The notes below the pieces were generated by a model, which saw nothing but the letters and a program-made list of their open reading frames with translations, did no database searches and was not told where the DNA came from. Made by a program: the position numbers and the translations under genes. A stretch of DNA of 64,000 nucleotides from Neoechinorhynchus agilis. Taxonomy: Eukaryota; Animalia; Acanthocephala. Below, piece after piece: positions 51,144 through 62,900 of the stretch. The stretch lies in the NCBI GenBank assembly GCA_051530055.1, contig CM121341.1, positions 14,796,784 through 14,860,783 of the forward strand, in the 5' to 3' direction. The stretch's first letter is position 1. Each line of letters opens with the position of its first letter.

Positions 51144-51612
51144 GAAATCGCGGCTATTTTGTTACGTGTATTTGTTATCGATAAATAGCATAAAGTCGTG
51201 TTTGAAAGCTGAGTACTGCTTCGTACCTACATTCTGGATTGCGTGTATCTTTTTAGGATTTTCCCCAGTTTAATGTTATTTTTTAACGCGAAACTTTTGA
51301 CGCTGAGGTGGTTATTCATTCTAAAAAATTATGGCCCTTGTCTAGGAACGGACTACATTTCAACACCGAAATACTTATCAAATTTGCGCTATTTATCTGT
51401 AAGATAAACTTGTGTATGAAATCGCGGCTATTTTGTTACGTGTATTTGTTATCGATAAATAGCATAAAGTCGTGTTTGAAAGCTGAGTACTGCTTCGTAC
51501 CTACATTCTGGATTGCGTGTATCTTTTTAGGATTTTCGTCAGTTTAATGGTACTTTTTTAACGCGAAACTTTTGACGCTTAGGTGGTTATTCATTCTAAA
51601 AATTATGACCCT
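51144..51612 (+). repeat. ~195-bp direct repeat (51144-51338 and 51418-51612; offset 274) just upstream of AKAP17A
   Basis: The near-identical block GAAATCGCGGCTATTTTG..AAAAAATTATG occurs twice. Confidence 0.9.
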
Positions 51613-51657
51613 AACACCGAAAACGACCGCGTTCTTTTTTAGAGTTAATTCTCGAAA

Positions 51658-53047
51658 ATGACCTCGACTTTGTACGAATGTAAAGACATTAGTGAACGAA
51701 TCGATCTTTATTCCGGAATTGGACTATACATGAAGCCGATAGCTCGTCTCATGATAAGCATTCAGATGCCCGTACTTCGTTTGCCGGGTCAAGCGATATC
51801 CAATTGGGAAGTAACAGCGAGAATTCGTGATTTGATATCACCTGAGGAATTTATCTGGCTTCGTCCGGTTACCAAGCCGGGTATTGATATAATGCGATTG
51901 GAAGGAGAAGTGGAATCTCGCAACATAATGCGGCATATTCTTCCTAAACTGGACAACGCGAGTGTTGAACTAGAAGGTTATCAAGAGCCGTTGAGAGTAA
52001 GAGCAAACGAAGCCCGGATTCCTTATCCAACTAGACATGAATGGGAGACGTTCTTTAAAGAAGCCAAAAACATGAATGAGGCCAAACCAGGAGAACGTCC
52101 AGATACGGTTCATATTGAAGGTCTTCCCGTTCGATGGTTCGCACAGAGAATCTCTCCTCATATGCCAAGTGAAGAAATAATTCGAAAAGTCTTTTCTCAG
52201 TTTGGAGATATTCGTGAAATCGATATACCAGGCATTGATATGGTCAAAAAGGTTCCGATTGACCCCATGTACGAGACTGGCGGGCACAATTGTCTTTTTG
52301 AAGTATTTATTCAGTTCCTGGAGTACGTTGGGTTCGTAAAGTTGATGGACGCCTTACGCGGGATGAAGTTGTTGAGGATGGAAACTCGCGGCGGAGACGC
52401 GTTTACCGCCAATATCAAAGTGGATTTTGATCGGACCAAACATTTGTCTGAGAACAGCATAAAGAAACGATTGATTGAGAGGATGAAAGCGGAGGAATTG
52501 GAAAAGTTGCGAATTGCTGAGAAGAAGAGGCAAGAGGAAGAAGATCAAAGGAGAAGAGAGATCGAACGTCTAAAAGCTGAATTGGCCGAAGCTGGTGACG
52601 GAATGATAAATACTAACAGGTACCGAGATGATAATCCTGGTCGGTATCAAGAGGAGAGAAGACGAGCCAGAGAAGAGAAAAGGAGGCTAAAGCGGAGCCA
52701 GATGAGATCAGTTGAAGAAGCAAAACAGTTAGCCAAAAAAATTGATATTGAAGAACGAAAGATGATTATTGCCCAAAGAAAACTAGAATCAATGCGAATG
52801 CTCGAAGAATTGTTTAATCGAGTTAAGGTTTGCTTTTTATTCCGAAATTCCGTCTCTATTTCGTTTTTGGATATAGATAATTGTTGCCCGCGAGGAGCTT
52901 CAAAAACGGGAAAAGGAGGTTAAAGATGACAAGATCAAGCAAATGGGTATCGAACGGTTAAAGCATGTAGAAGATGCCCAATCAAAAGATGATATTCCCT
53001 CTGTCGCTAACTACACAGATACCTCAAAAGCCGAAGAACTTCAATGA
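51658..53047 (+). CDS. AKAP17A: A-kinase anchor protein 17A / splicing factor XE7 homologue (exons 51658-52827, 52877-53047)
   Basis: LYMKPIARLMISIQMP, ISNWEV, WETFFKEAKNMNEAKPGERPDTVHIEGLPVRWF, RRM-like FSQFGDIREIDIP, FEVFIQF and IKVDFDRTKHLS, then a charged coiled coil; 49-nt GT-AG intron. Confidence 0.92.
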
Positions 53048-53279
53048 TTAGAAGATGTATTCAGGCTACACAAATTGTTGATACGACAATCTTGGATTGC
53101 ATTGACATTTTCGCAAGAGTTCCAAATTCTCTTGATCCTACCTCCCAAGAAAAATTTAAATATAGGTTTCTGATGTTGCGTTTTCTTCTTAATGTGCTTC
53201 TAGTAGACTTGTTTAGCTACAGAAAACTCGATCTCGTTGAAAGGCTGCGCGTCGACTATATTGGTAGTGATTGTGGTGG

Positions 53280-53830
53280 CCAATGGTTGTAAACAATCAG
53301 TTTGGGATTCGATCCGGGTAGCGAGAATTCTTAACGCTTTGATTTCAGATTCTCGTGACCTTGTGAACCGAACTCGATTGGCAGCAGTCACTACAAGAGA
53401 ATCGGGTGCTTGGCTAAACGCTATCCCAATCGCTTCTGTCGGTACATTTTTCCGTCCCTGAGACTTGGGGTACCGTTGTGCACATCCCATGGCTTCCGTT
53501 GCGGAGCCATAAGCGGAAGATACTCACGACACGCCGAAGTTAGCGCAATTCTTAGTCGTGCCCTGAATACTGTGAGTGCGTCCAACATCACAGCGCCGAG
53601 CAATCTTCGTCGACTCGATGGCCGTAGACTGGACGATGTTAAAGTTGTTTTCCCCCGCGTTGGACCCGGTATAGCATTTTTCCAAGAGACAGACGAATCA
53701 GTGACGATCCGAGGGCAGGAGCATTTCTCCATCAAAATATAAGCCTGGCTCTGCAAAGGGTGGGGAACGCTGCATCCGTCCTTTCGACCATCACAAAGGA
53801 CTGCGGCGTGCATGTTTATGAACTATTGTT
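53280..53830 (+). mobile_element. CRE-like 3' fragment
   Basis: RESGAWLNAIPIASVG, RHAEVSAILSRAL, RRLDGRRLD and ISLALQRVGNAASV. Confidence 0.82.
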
Positions 53831-53999
53831 GAAAAATACGCAAGTTTCAAAAGGGCTCAAGTTTAGGGACATTACTTTGAACAATTTCGTGACCAAAAAC
53901 AATAGTGGAGTGCACTTATTTTTCAAAGCAATCATAAAAGCATATTTTTGTAAAATATTGAACTTGAATGGTTTTGAAAGTCACAATTTTTATTGCTAA

Positions 54000-55169
54000 T
54001 TAATATTTTATATGTTTTCTTTTTGGCTGATTTTTCGAGCGTAATGTAATTGGATCTTTCCAAATTGACTCGAGGTGCTCTACTATCCTCTTTAACTCCT
54101 TTAGTATTTTTTCAGCGGTAACCACTAAAAATACGTAATTCCGAAGGGCCGCATCGCACTTTATGTGTTGAAGTAAATCTTGAAATAATTTCGCAATTAT
54201 CATAGCTGACTCGGCAATGCATTGACTGTCTCGCACATAATCCTCGGGGACCTTGTGCTTCTTGTCCCTTTCATCTTTTTTGGCGCTCGCGTCCTTAACC
54301 TGAGAGTTAGGTGAAACGGATTCTGCGCTTTCATTTCCTTCGACTTTATGTGAGTCTTCAGGTTGTCCTGGTTCCGAAACGTATTCATTCCCATGACTTT
54401 CAGGTATATTGCTCTGATCCGTTTCGTTTGTCGAATCGGATGATGCAGTGGACGCAGTGTCCTGGTTCATTGCCGACTGGTTCACGGGTTCATCAAGACC
54501 TGACGATTCGTCTATGTCACTTTCGCTCGGGTTGTCAGGAATTTCATCCGTAACTGCAGCCTCCGAACTCGTAGCCTCTCCAACACTATCTTCATCATCT
54601 TGTGTTTCCTTTTCATCAACAATAGATGTAGGATATAGACCAGTCCCACTAGGAACCTCGTGTTCAGTTTCAACCTCAGGACTTTGAGCCTCATTGTTAC
54701 TTTCAGTGTTTTTGTCTTCTTTGTTCTCTTCCGAAGTATCCTGTGTATTTTGCGACTGATTTATAGGAGGTACTAGTATCATATCCACCATTTCCTTCAG
54801 AGCACTCGCTTGGCAACAATATTTGTCTACTTCCGAAGTTACTGCCACGTTCATCAAAAATCGATCTTCTGGAGTTCGAAGGTCTGAAGCTCTTAACCGT
54901 CGACTATGTCGTTCGGCGATTTTACATACCTTATTAATCTTTTCTCTAAATAGCCGGAAATCAGTCGCGAAGTTCACCAAACCGTAACCACACTCGCTCG
55001 TCGCTCCCCCGTATCGTCGATCATTATCGTCCAAAGCTCGCTGGACACGGGCGGAGGGCATTGTGTTCAGAGCAAATCCTACAATGGATCTTGAAAGTCG
55101 AACGAGTTCGCCGATTAGAGTCTGCGCTGATGCGTCGGTGTTTGGATTAAGGGTTGGCTTCGAGCACAT
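54000..55169 (-). CDS. Intronless orphan protein (389 aa): helical N- and C-domains joined by an acidic Ser/Glu/Asp linker
   Basis: Long open frame in AT-rich DNA with protein-like composition; no family recognised. Confidence 0.75.
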   Translation of the reverse strand: MCSKPTLNPNTDASAQTLIGELVRLSRSIVGFALNTMPSARVQRALDDNDRRYGGATSECGYGLVNFATDFRLFREKINKVCKIAERHSRRLRASDLRTPEDRFLMNVAVTSEVDKYCCQASALKEMVDMILVPPINQSQNTQDTSEENKEDKNTESNNEAQSPEVETEHEVPSGTGLYPTSIVDEKETQDDEDSVGEATSSEAAVTDEIPDNPSESDIDESSGLDEPVNQSAMNQDTASTASSDSTNETDQSNIPESHGNEYVSEPGQPEDSHKVEGNESAESVSPNSQVKDASAKKDERDKKHKVPEDYVRDSQCIAESAMIIAKLFQDLLQHIKCDAALRNYVFLVVTAEKILKELKRIVEHLESIWKDPITLRSKNQPKRKHIKY

Positions 55170-55938
55170 TTTCGATTGGAAATCTGTCTTCAGCCAATGT
55201 TCGTTCCCTAAGATCTTCTCTGGTTACTTAGCGACGTACCGCAATTTTTGTTAAATCAATCAGCAGCTTTTCCAATCGGACGGATTTTCTTCGTGAAGTA
55301 AATAGAATCCGGTAGAGATGGGCTCCGTTTGTTATTTGGGCAATATCTAAAAAATGCAGTGGTGCGATGAACCGAATGCATATTTGATAGGAAACGCACA
55401 CTGATTTTTCCTTTCTTTAAGTTTTACACTTCACTTTATTATCGAAATATAGATCGATCAAGTCGATTAGATTTTCAGTCATATCCTTGAACTTTATAAC
55501 GCCGTTCTCACCAGGTTTCTAAAAAAGAATTTTCAACCTTTAATGCCAGTAATGCTCATAAAAACCAAGATTTTTCTTATTATAAGCAATACGTTTTTGC
55601 AATACTTTGCATATTAAGTTCAAATGGAGAAAAATACATCTTATAATTTACGTTTTTGAATTAATTTGGGAATACTTGTTCGTGTTTTAAACAGTGAACT
55701 GATCTTCAGTCATATAAAAACGTTTTCTCTAATGATAAGGCGAGATTCGGCGACGAGATATTGCAAATGAACACAAGAAATTATTGAATGACACTTGCAG
55801 CAAGATATTTATAAAAGTATGGAATTTATTGTCAAAACTAGTACGTTTAAGCATGCTGAACTATGCACCTGATCAATATTAATTTATTCAGTTGGACAAG
55901 AGCTTTGAATTACTTACCACCGATGACGCATTGCAAAA

Positions 55939-56005
55939 CGGGACAAAGTACCGCTGAACGGAGGAAACCCACTGATGAGTCCCGCTTCCTCGGGAGGTAT
56001 CTGAG
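55939..56005 (+). ncRNA. Copy C of the strand-scrambled hammerhead-like element (GAAA changed to AAAG)
   Basis: CGGGAC-AAAG-TACC, CCCA-CTGATGA-GTCCCG and GGTA-TC-TGAG; stem II is a perfect 6 bp. Confidence 0.55.
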
Positions 56006-57009
56006 GATCCGGTGGAATTTAAAAACTCATTCATGCGCTCCCCTGACCCATATCGGTGAGCTGTGTGCCTAATAGATCAGCCGTGTAGGAGATAACCACC
56101 TCAGAAATCGATGAAAAATATATATTTGAAATCCAAGTCACGGTGCACTTTCATCCTTAGACACCAATCCGGTTATTTAAACTCGAAGCTTGCTTTTATT
56201 TTAAATTGGAAAGTATTCACAACTTTTCATTTTAAAAAGATTTGGAGCATCATTAGAAAAGATGACGATGATAGTGCCTCAAAACATAGAAAATATCGAT
56301 TTTCTATATATTGTTTGACTGCTCTAATTAATGGGTATTAACAACTTCTTTGCTTTTAATTTTAATTTTAACTTAATGCACGGCAGCAGACAGAACGTTG
56401 TGCAAATGGAACCAGTGTGCTTCCTTGGTCTTTAACGTCGACGTTCCTTGAAATTGTTCAAAGCCAGATTTAAGTTTTCACTTGAAAGTGAGAGTTATGT
56501 GAAATTTTCATGCAGGATTCAAGCTGGCGATGAAGATTACCATCTTCACTCATACAATCGTGTTCCGTTTAGTTTTTTGAAAGACTTCGCCACTGTTTGT
56601 CGGCAAACTGAAAATTTTAACTCTAAGATGGATCACCCTTTTTCAAGATCTTCGAAAAAGCAGATGAATGCGGCATCACCAACAGATACATCAATAATCA
56701 CGGTTTAGAAGACTGCGTTTTTTTATCATTCCAACTAGTTAAGAACGGATCCGAAATGAGTTTGCCAGAATACTAGCACCGCAATCCATACAAGAAATGC
56801 CACCAGCGTAAAGATGATTACGGCGCTTATTTGATTTTTTACCAGATTTTTTATTTTAAAGTTTGTATTCCTAGGTCACACTTAATGCGTTGACGATTTA
56901 GATAAAAATACCAATAATGTAAAATTTGTGGACTTTTGAGCGCCGCTTTCATTTTTTTAAATGAACCCTTTATCGGTTGTTTGTCATTGTCTTTTAGCTG
57001 TTCAATATT

Positions 57010-59595
57010 AAAACATCGAATTGGTACTTTCTTTCACGAGGATCGGACTTGATGTTACTGATTCTTGTCGGTCACGTAAAAGAAGCAGCTCCGGCGGCCA
57101 GACAGCTACTGATAGTAGCCTGTCAACGCGGGGTCGGTGTGCCGCTCCACTTGGTGATGCGGCAGCGAACGGGAGCAACAAAATCCACCAGTGCAACGGG
57201 TAAAAGCCAGGGCGTCGTAGCTCTCGCCAACAACTTGAGCATCGAAATGAGCGAAACTGTCGCCGGAGGCAACGAAAGCGTCAGTCGAAGCTCATCGCCG
57301 TGGTGGGTACGCACTGTTCAGGTGGCGCGGACAGCCGTGAGAAGAGGACTACGAATCGGATCCTTGAATTGTAGGAGTCTGCGAGCGCAATGGCGTGGGG
57401 GAACCGTGGCCAAATTGGCAAGGGACGCCAGAATGGATCTTGTGTTTTTACAAGAATTGCGCATAAGAGGCCAGTCAGATACAGACGTAAATCAGGAGGA
57501 TTTAGGAGGAGGCTGGTCATTATGTTACCTATCTGCGGACAGTCGAGGAAATGGACCTCGCCTTCGAAACTCAGCACTATGCAGTACTATAACTGACCGA
57601 AACCTTCGTGTCAGCATAAAGCTTCGGTCGAGAAATCTATTTGCTTTTGGCGTATATTCACCGACTTCCTCGTCGGATGAAGAGGCGGTTGAAGGATTTT
57701 ATGGAAATCTAGCCGAAGCATTAGATGATGTACCGAACAGAGACACCCTCCTAATAGCCGGTGACTTCAACGCGATTTTACCGCAGTCCGAAAGATCGCT
57801 ATATGTGTTGAAAGGCGAGAATCGGAACAGCCTATACTTGGTTGAGGTGCTGGAGCGGCATGATCTCGTGTCTGCTAACACTTTATTCCGGAAGCGTCCG
57901 TGGCGTTTGGCGACGTTTATGGGTCAAAAGAATCCGTTCAAACATGCCATGGGGGAAATTCTCAATTCGCCATTATCGTCTTTGGAAGTGAGACCTGCAC
58001 TTCCAAAAGGCACAATCGTCCCAAGCACTGAGGCATACTTCACTGGACCGATTTCCGTAAAGGAAGCGATCGCTGCGGCGAAAATGATGCGTGCGGGACG
58101 TGCATCAGGCCCAAATGGGATAATGCAGAGGTACTGAGGTTTGAATCTATTGCCGGAAAGATCATACCGATAATGAATGGCATAATGAATGGTGGCTCAG
58201 TACCTCAAATCTGGCAAACGGCGCATTTAACAATGATCCCCAAGAAATGCTGCTCGACAAAGGTGGAGGACTACAGAGGTATATCCTTGATGTCCAACAC
58301 GGCAAAACTTTTCAGCAGCATTTTGAGACGCCGAATTCAGCCAATCCTCGAACCGTTTCTAAGAATTGAACAGAACGGCTTCAGGAAAGGTCGAGGCACC
58401 ACAGAGCACATATTGGCTTTGAGGAGGATCCTCGAGGAGGCACGAATTCATCAAACGGATGTGACGCTGGTATTTGTTGATTTCCGTCGAGCTTTCGATT
58501 CGGTAAATCGAACGATGATTGGCGGTATCTTAAAGGAGTATGGAGTGCCGCCGATCATTGTCACATCCGTTATGGCATTATATAAAAACACAATGTCCGC
58601 CGTCAAGACAGCTGACGGTTTGACAGAATACTTTTCCACCACTTCAGGTGTTCTGCAGGGCGACACATTGGCTCCTTTCCTCTTCATCTTGGTGCTTGAT
58701 TGGGTAATGAGATGGGCACTACCGAATGATGAAGATGGATTTCTTCTGTTGAGGAAAAGAGGTCGCAGGTATCCTGAGATACGCGCCTCCTACATGGCAT
58801 ATGCCGACGACATCGTATTGATGTCCTCAACAGTCGAAGGAGCTCAACGCATGCTAAATAGACTGTGCGAGAGGGCGAGTATGATTGGTCTGACCATCAA
58901 CTCGAAAAAGACGGAATTCTTGACGATTCCGCATGTCGCGCATACAGTCTCTGGCGAAGGGCCGAGTGGCGTTGAGCAATTAAAACAGATAGCGATATGT
59001 CTATCTGGGAGCTGTCGTTCCTTAGGTGAGTGCGGATGTCAGCCGACGGAGAGCTATAGCTTGGAGAGCAATGGGGCAACTTAAACCACTGTTTGACAGT
59101 GAGTCTTTGCCAGATGAACTCCGTTCGCAGCTGTTCAGGACTCTAATTGAGAGCATTCTCTACTACAATGCAGAGACCTGGACACTGTCACCAACGGCGA
59201 CGAGGCAGTTGGACCAAAATCATTCATCTCTCTTACGTGCGGCGTTCAAGGTCAGATAAAGTGACCAACAAAGCACTGTATAAGAGATCCGGAGTCTAAC
59301 CGTCCAGTGAATATTTGCGCCGCATACGACTGGAGTTCACGGGCAATATAATTCGGTCCGAGGCATCTTGCCCACAGGTCGTGCAACAGTTCCTTTTCTG
59401 GAAGCCAACGACATTGTATCGTAAAGGCAAAGGGAACTGTCGTACATACGATGACCTGATTTTAAGAGACGCGAATTGCCCGCATAACAGGACTGCTGTC
59501 ATGTATTATAGGTCCCTTGCGGAGTCTAATTCTATTTGACGAGCTTATACCTACGGTGCAACGTGGAAAGTACCGTTGCATACAATACAATACAA
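57010..59595 (+). mobile_element. RTE-clade LINE (APE + RT) with an internal deletion, frameshifts and a (TACAA)3 tail
   Basis: IGSLNCRSL, LVFLQE, GVYSPT, AGDFNA, YRGISL, QNGFRKGRGT, FVDFRRAFDS, GVLQGDTLAPFLF, AYADD and YNAETW; TACAATACAATACAA at ~59581-59595. Confidence 0.93.
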
Positions 59596-60299
59596 ATTGA
59601 ATCTAAAGCTATTTGAATAAAAATGTTTATTTTTTTGAAGGTATGTCGTTCGAGTGGTGAAAATATTTTGGCTAACTCTTTTTTTGCACTGTATCCTCGC
59701 ATATATTTTGAGTAAAAAAATACTACCGTCGCTCTACCATTAATTTCTGCTTTTTTGGGGGGGATTTTTGAACGAAAAATTCAAAAGTCTGAATGCCAGG
59801 TCAAGGTTTAGAAAAAATTCAAACATATAGGACGTAATATAATTCGCATTTAAAGCAATGTACACATCTAAGCAATGATTTCATTTATCCTGATCCGAAA
59901 ATGTTTCTTCGATTTCATCTTCGCAAATCTGTAACCTCTGCGTATCGCAACAAAGATCGGTTACTTCTTCGCAAATCAATTCTTTTTGATGCTCTTCGGT
60001 AATTAGGGTGCTGTTTATGGTCTTAGGAAAAGTTGTACGGTTGATCAAGCGTCGAGCGGTTACCAAACTCGATCTCAGGTTTCCGATCGATTCTACGATA
60101 TTATCGATAGAGCATAATTTATTGATGCACTTTGTTCTCATTTTTCCAATTGGCCAGCGGCCATTGAAAGCTGGACGGCGAGAAGTTCCCTTCATAGTTT
60201 TCATACAGGTGATAGAACGAATGTGGATGTGTGGCCTTGGCTTCATCTAATATATAAGGCATAAACTATACGTTTGATTGGGTTAGAAGTCATGTGATG

Positions 60300-62420
60300 T
60301 CACGTGATCACACCGAACACATCACTGAATTATACAGGTCATAACTACTTGTGTCATGGGCTACAAAAAATGATAGCATAAATGATAAAACAACTGTGAA
60401 TATGTTATCCATAGATGGTTTTTGGTCTATCGAAAGAGTTGGTTTGACCGAAAAGAAAACGTGTGCGCTATTTTGTTTTTTGTGTTGTTGAATTGCGCTT
60501 GACAAACCCATGACGGATATCATTAATACTATCAATAACAGGATACCTTGTCCTATGGAATGCGACACGGATGAGCATAATGATATGGTTAGGAACCCTC
60601 CCCCCGTGTGTGAGTGAAGTTGTCTCGAGTGTGTGTGCCCAAGTTCCAAATACCGAAGGGTTACAATCAAATATTAGTTGCCTAAGACGCCCTATCAAAA
60701 AGGAAAAGTATATCATCAAGATAGGGAAAGAAGAGCTGAAGGATCACAATCCAGCATATTTAACGAAATTATTCGGTTCAAAGTTTCTTCGACCAAAATA
60801 GCATGACAGTAACATGTTCTACAATATCAAAAAACACCTTAACACTCAATTAGCTACTATGTTTATTTTTTTGATATAAGCGGAAAAGATTTATTTATTA
60901 AAATGTTGGACGAACTAAATATCAAGTTTTTTGATCCTTCTCTAAAAGTGACTTTACGTATGTTTAACCCCCCTTCCGAACTATCGAAAGAGTATTTCAT
61001 TGATATTAAAATTGAACACGGTGTCTCTCCAATCAAATACCTCAAACGGCATCCGAATGCTGAGCCTTATGCTCTACTGTGCTCTGCACCCATAAATTTG
61101 GCCGAAATGCTTAGTGGTACCGGCCGAGGTATTAAATCGCATTGGGTAACGTTTTCGAAACCAAAGGAAACACTTTACGACTATAATCTGATAATATGCC
61201 AAAAATGCGCCCGATGGGGTCACTTTGCTTCAGATTGCCAATATGAAGAGCGATGTATTATGTGCGCAGGGCCTCATAGGAAAAAAGATTGTATTTCGAT
61301 CGAGTGTGCTAATTGTGGAGGTTCACATCCTGCATTCGCAAGGAAATGTATTTTTGCCAGACAATATTTTGAATGTTCCCAAATCGATAAAAATTCTGAA
61401 CCTCTGCAAAGGGAACGACTGCAACTGCCAAGCCATCATTTAGTAGTTATATTAGTACACCGTCCTTGAAACTCCATACGAACCACTTTCTAAATACTAG
61501 AGATGCTCTCCTCCCAAAGCCACAATATAAAACCAAAAAACCTCCCGATCCCAATCAAGAGGTAATAATTTTAAAACAAATTCTTAACTGGATTTTTGAC
61601 CAACTATCCAAAGTATCTTCACCCATAAATGAGACGAATCCCACCAAGTCATCCTCATTAGCTGAACTTGTGGATATCCTAAAAAACATTCCATACATTT
61701 CGGAGAGGTGGAAAAGAAACCCATTACCAGGAATAAATCGTGCCCCTAAGGAGAAACGTCTCAAAACCAATTTCCAATAAATCAAAAGACCTTTCAACTA
61801 AAGTTTTTTCTTTTTCCACCTATAATGCATCCAGAGCATATAGACTTCCCGACTCAATTAGAAACTGCATTTCTGTGGCAATGCCAGAAGTATTATGTTT
61901 TCAAGAAACCGGTCATTTTCCATTAATTCTGATCTCTATGAGGGATTCTTTATCGCACCTTCATTTCCGCGTACTAATGCATTCATTGGTTTTGTAGGAG
62001 GACTGCAAATTTTCATTAGAAAAGAATTACTACCCAAGCACCTTATTTCACTTAACAATGACATTTTTTCAATTCAAATTGTTTCCATTAGTAATCCTTT
62101 CCACGACCAAACCACGGCTTTGCAGCCTCAATTTTTACTTTTGAACATTTACATTCATCCCCGCCAAGTTAATCATTTTCTTAACCTATACTCTTCCTTC
62201 ATCTCTTTTTGGAATCTGGACTTTCTAATTGGCGATTTCAATTCCAATGTTTTATCTGCCATTAAATCTATATTTCAAAATCATCAATTTATATTATCTC
62301 AATTTCCGTCCTTTCATAATATCTCTAGAAAGAGACACTCTTATATTGACGGAGCTATTATTAAGAAAAATGCCTCGCTAGACTTTTCGCCCACCGTACA
62401 AATTTAATCTCAATCGCTTT
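60300..62420 (+). mobile_element. 5' half of the AT-rich LINE family: gag-like ORF1 with three Cys/His knuckles, then APE (truncated)
   Basis: CQKCARWGHFASDC, CIMCAGPHRKKDC and CANCGGSHPAFARKC; APE motifs LCFQETG, GGLQIFIR, IGDFNS and SYIDG. Confidence 0.88.
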
Positions 62421-62429
62421 TAGGACATG

Positions 62430-62900
62430 ATTTTATCATATTTCAAACAGTAGGTTTGACTCTAAAAGGTCGCTTATAATGAGACTGACACCGTCCAGTC
62501 TACGGCCACCGAGTCGGCAAAGATTGCTCGGCTCTACGATGTTGAACGCATTTACACTATTCAGGGCACGACTAAAAATTGCGTTAACTTCGGCTCCTAG
62601 AGCCAAAGCAATATTTGGAGATTCGATAGATTTTGACCGCACGATGTCACAGATTCTCATGACGAGAAGGCACTGTTAAACCCAGGGGGCCTTCCCATTG
62701 GCGTCACGACACTCGGGTCGTTCGGTACCACATCGCTGGACCTGGTATAGCATTTGTCGAAGAGGTTGAGATGAATCATTGACTATCCGAGGGCAGGAGC
62801 ATTCCTCCAGCAAAAACGGGGAACGCTGCATTCGTCTTTTTGACAATTACACCAGGACGGCAGCTGAGTGATCTAGAGCGGTGGCGTGAATGTTTGTAAA
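62430..62900. mobile_element. CRE-like 3' fragment with an inverted 5' part (~62430-62620 minus; ~62640-62900 plus)
   Basis: Minus strand gives AEVNAIFSRALN..EPSNLCRLGGRRLDG. Plus strand gives PIGVTTLGSFG and ESLTIRGQEH, matching ~53700. Confidence 0.7.

Noticed and set aside
55972-56047. C/D-box snoRNA reading (TGATGA..CTGA..CTGA) of the repeat
   Set aside because: The terminal D box is not conserved in copy A, and the HHR reading also explains GAAA, AUC and three helices. A snoscan or Rfam search would settle it.
56380-56850. Hydrophobic stretch and short ORFs
   Set aside because: Stops in all frames and no coherent gene model.
59881-60246. 121-aa minus-strand ORF
   Set aside because: No motif or splice support; it abuts the LINE 5' region.
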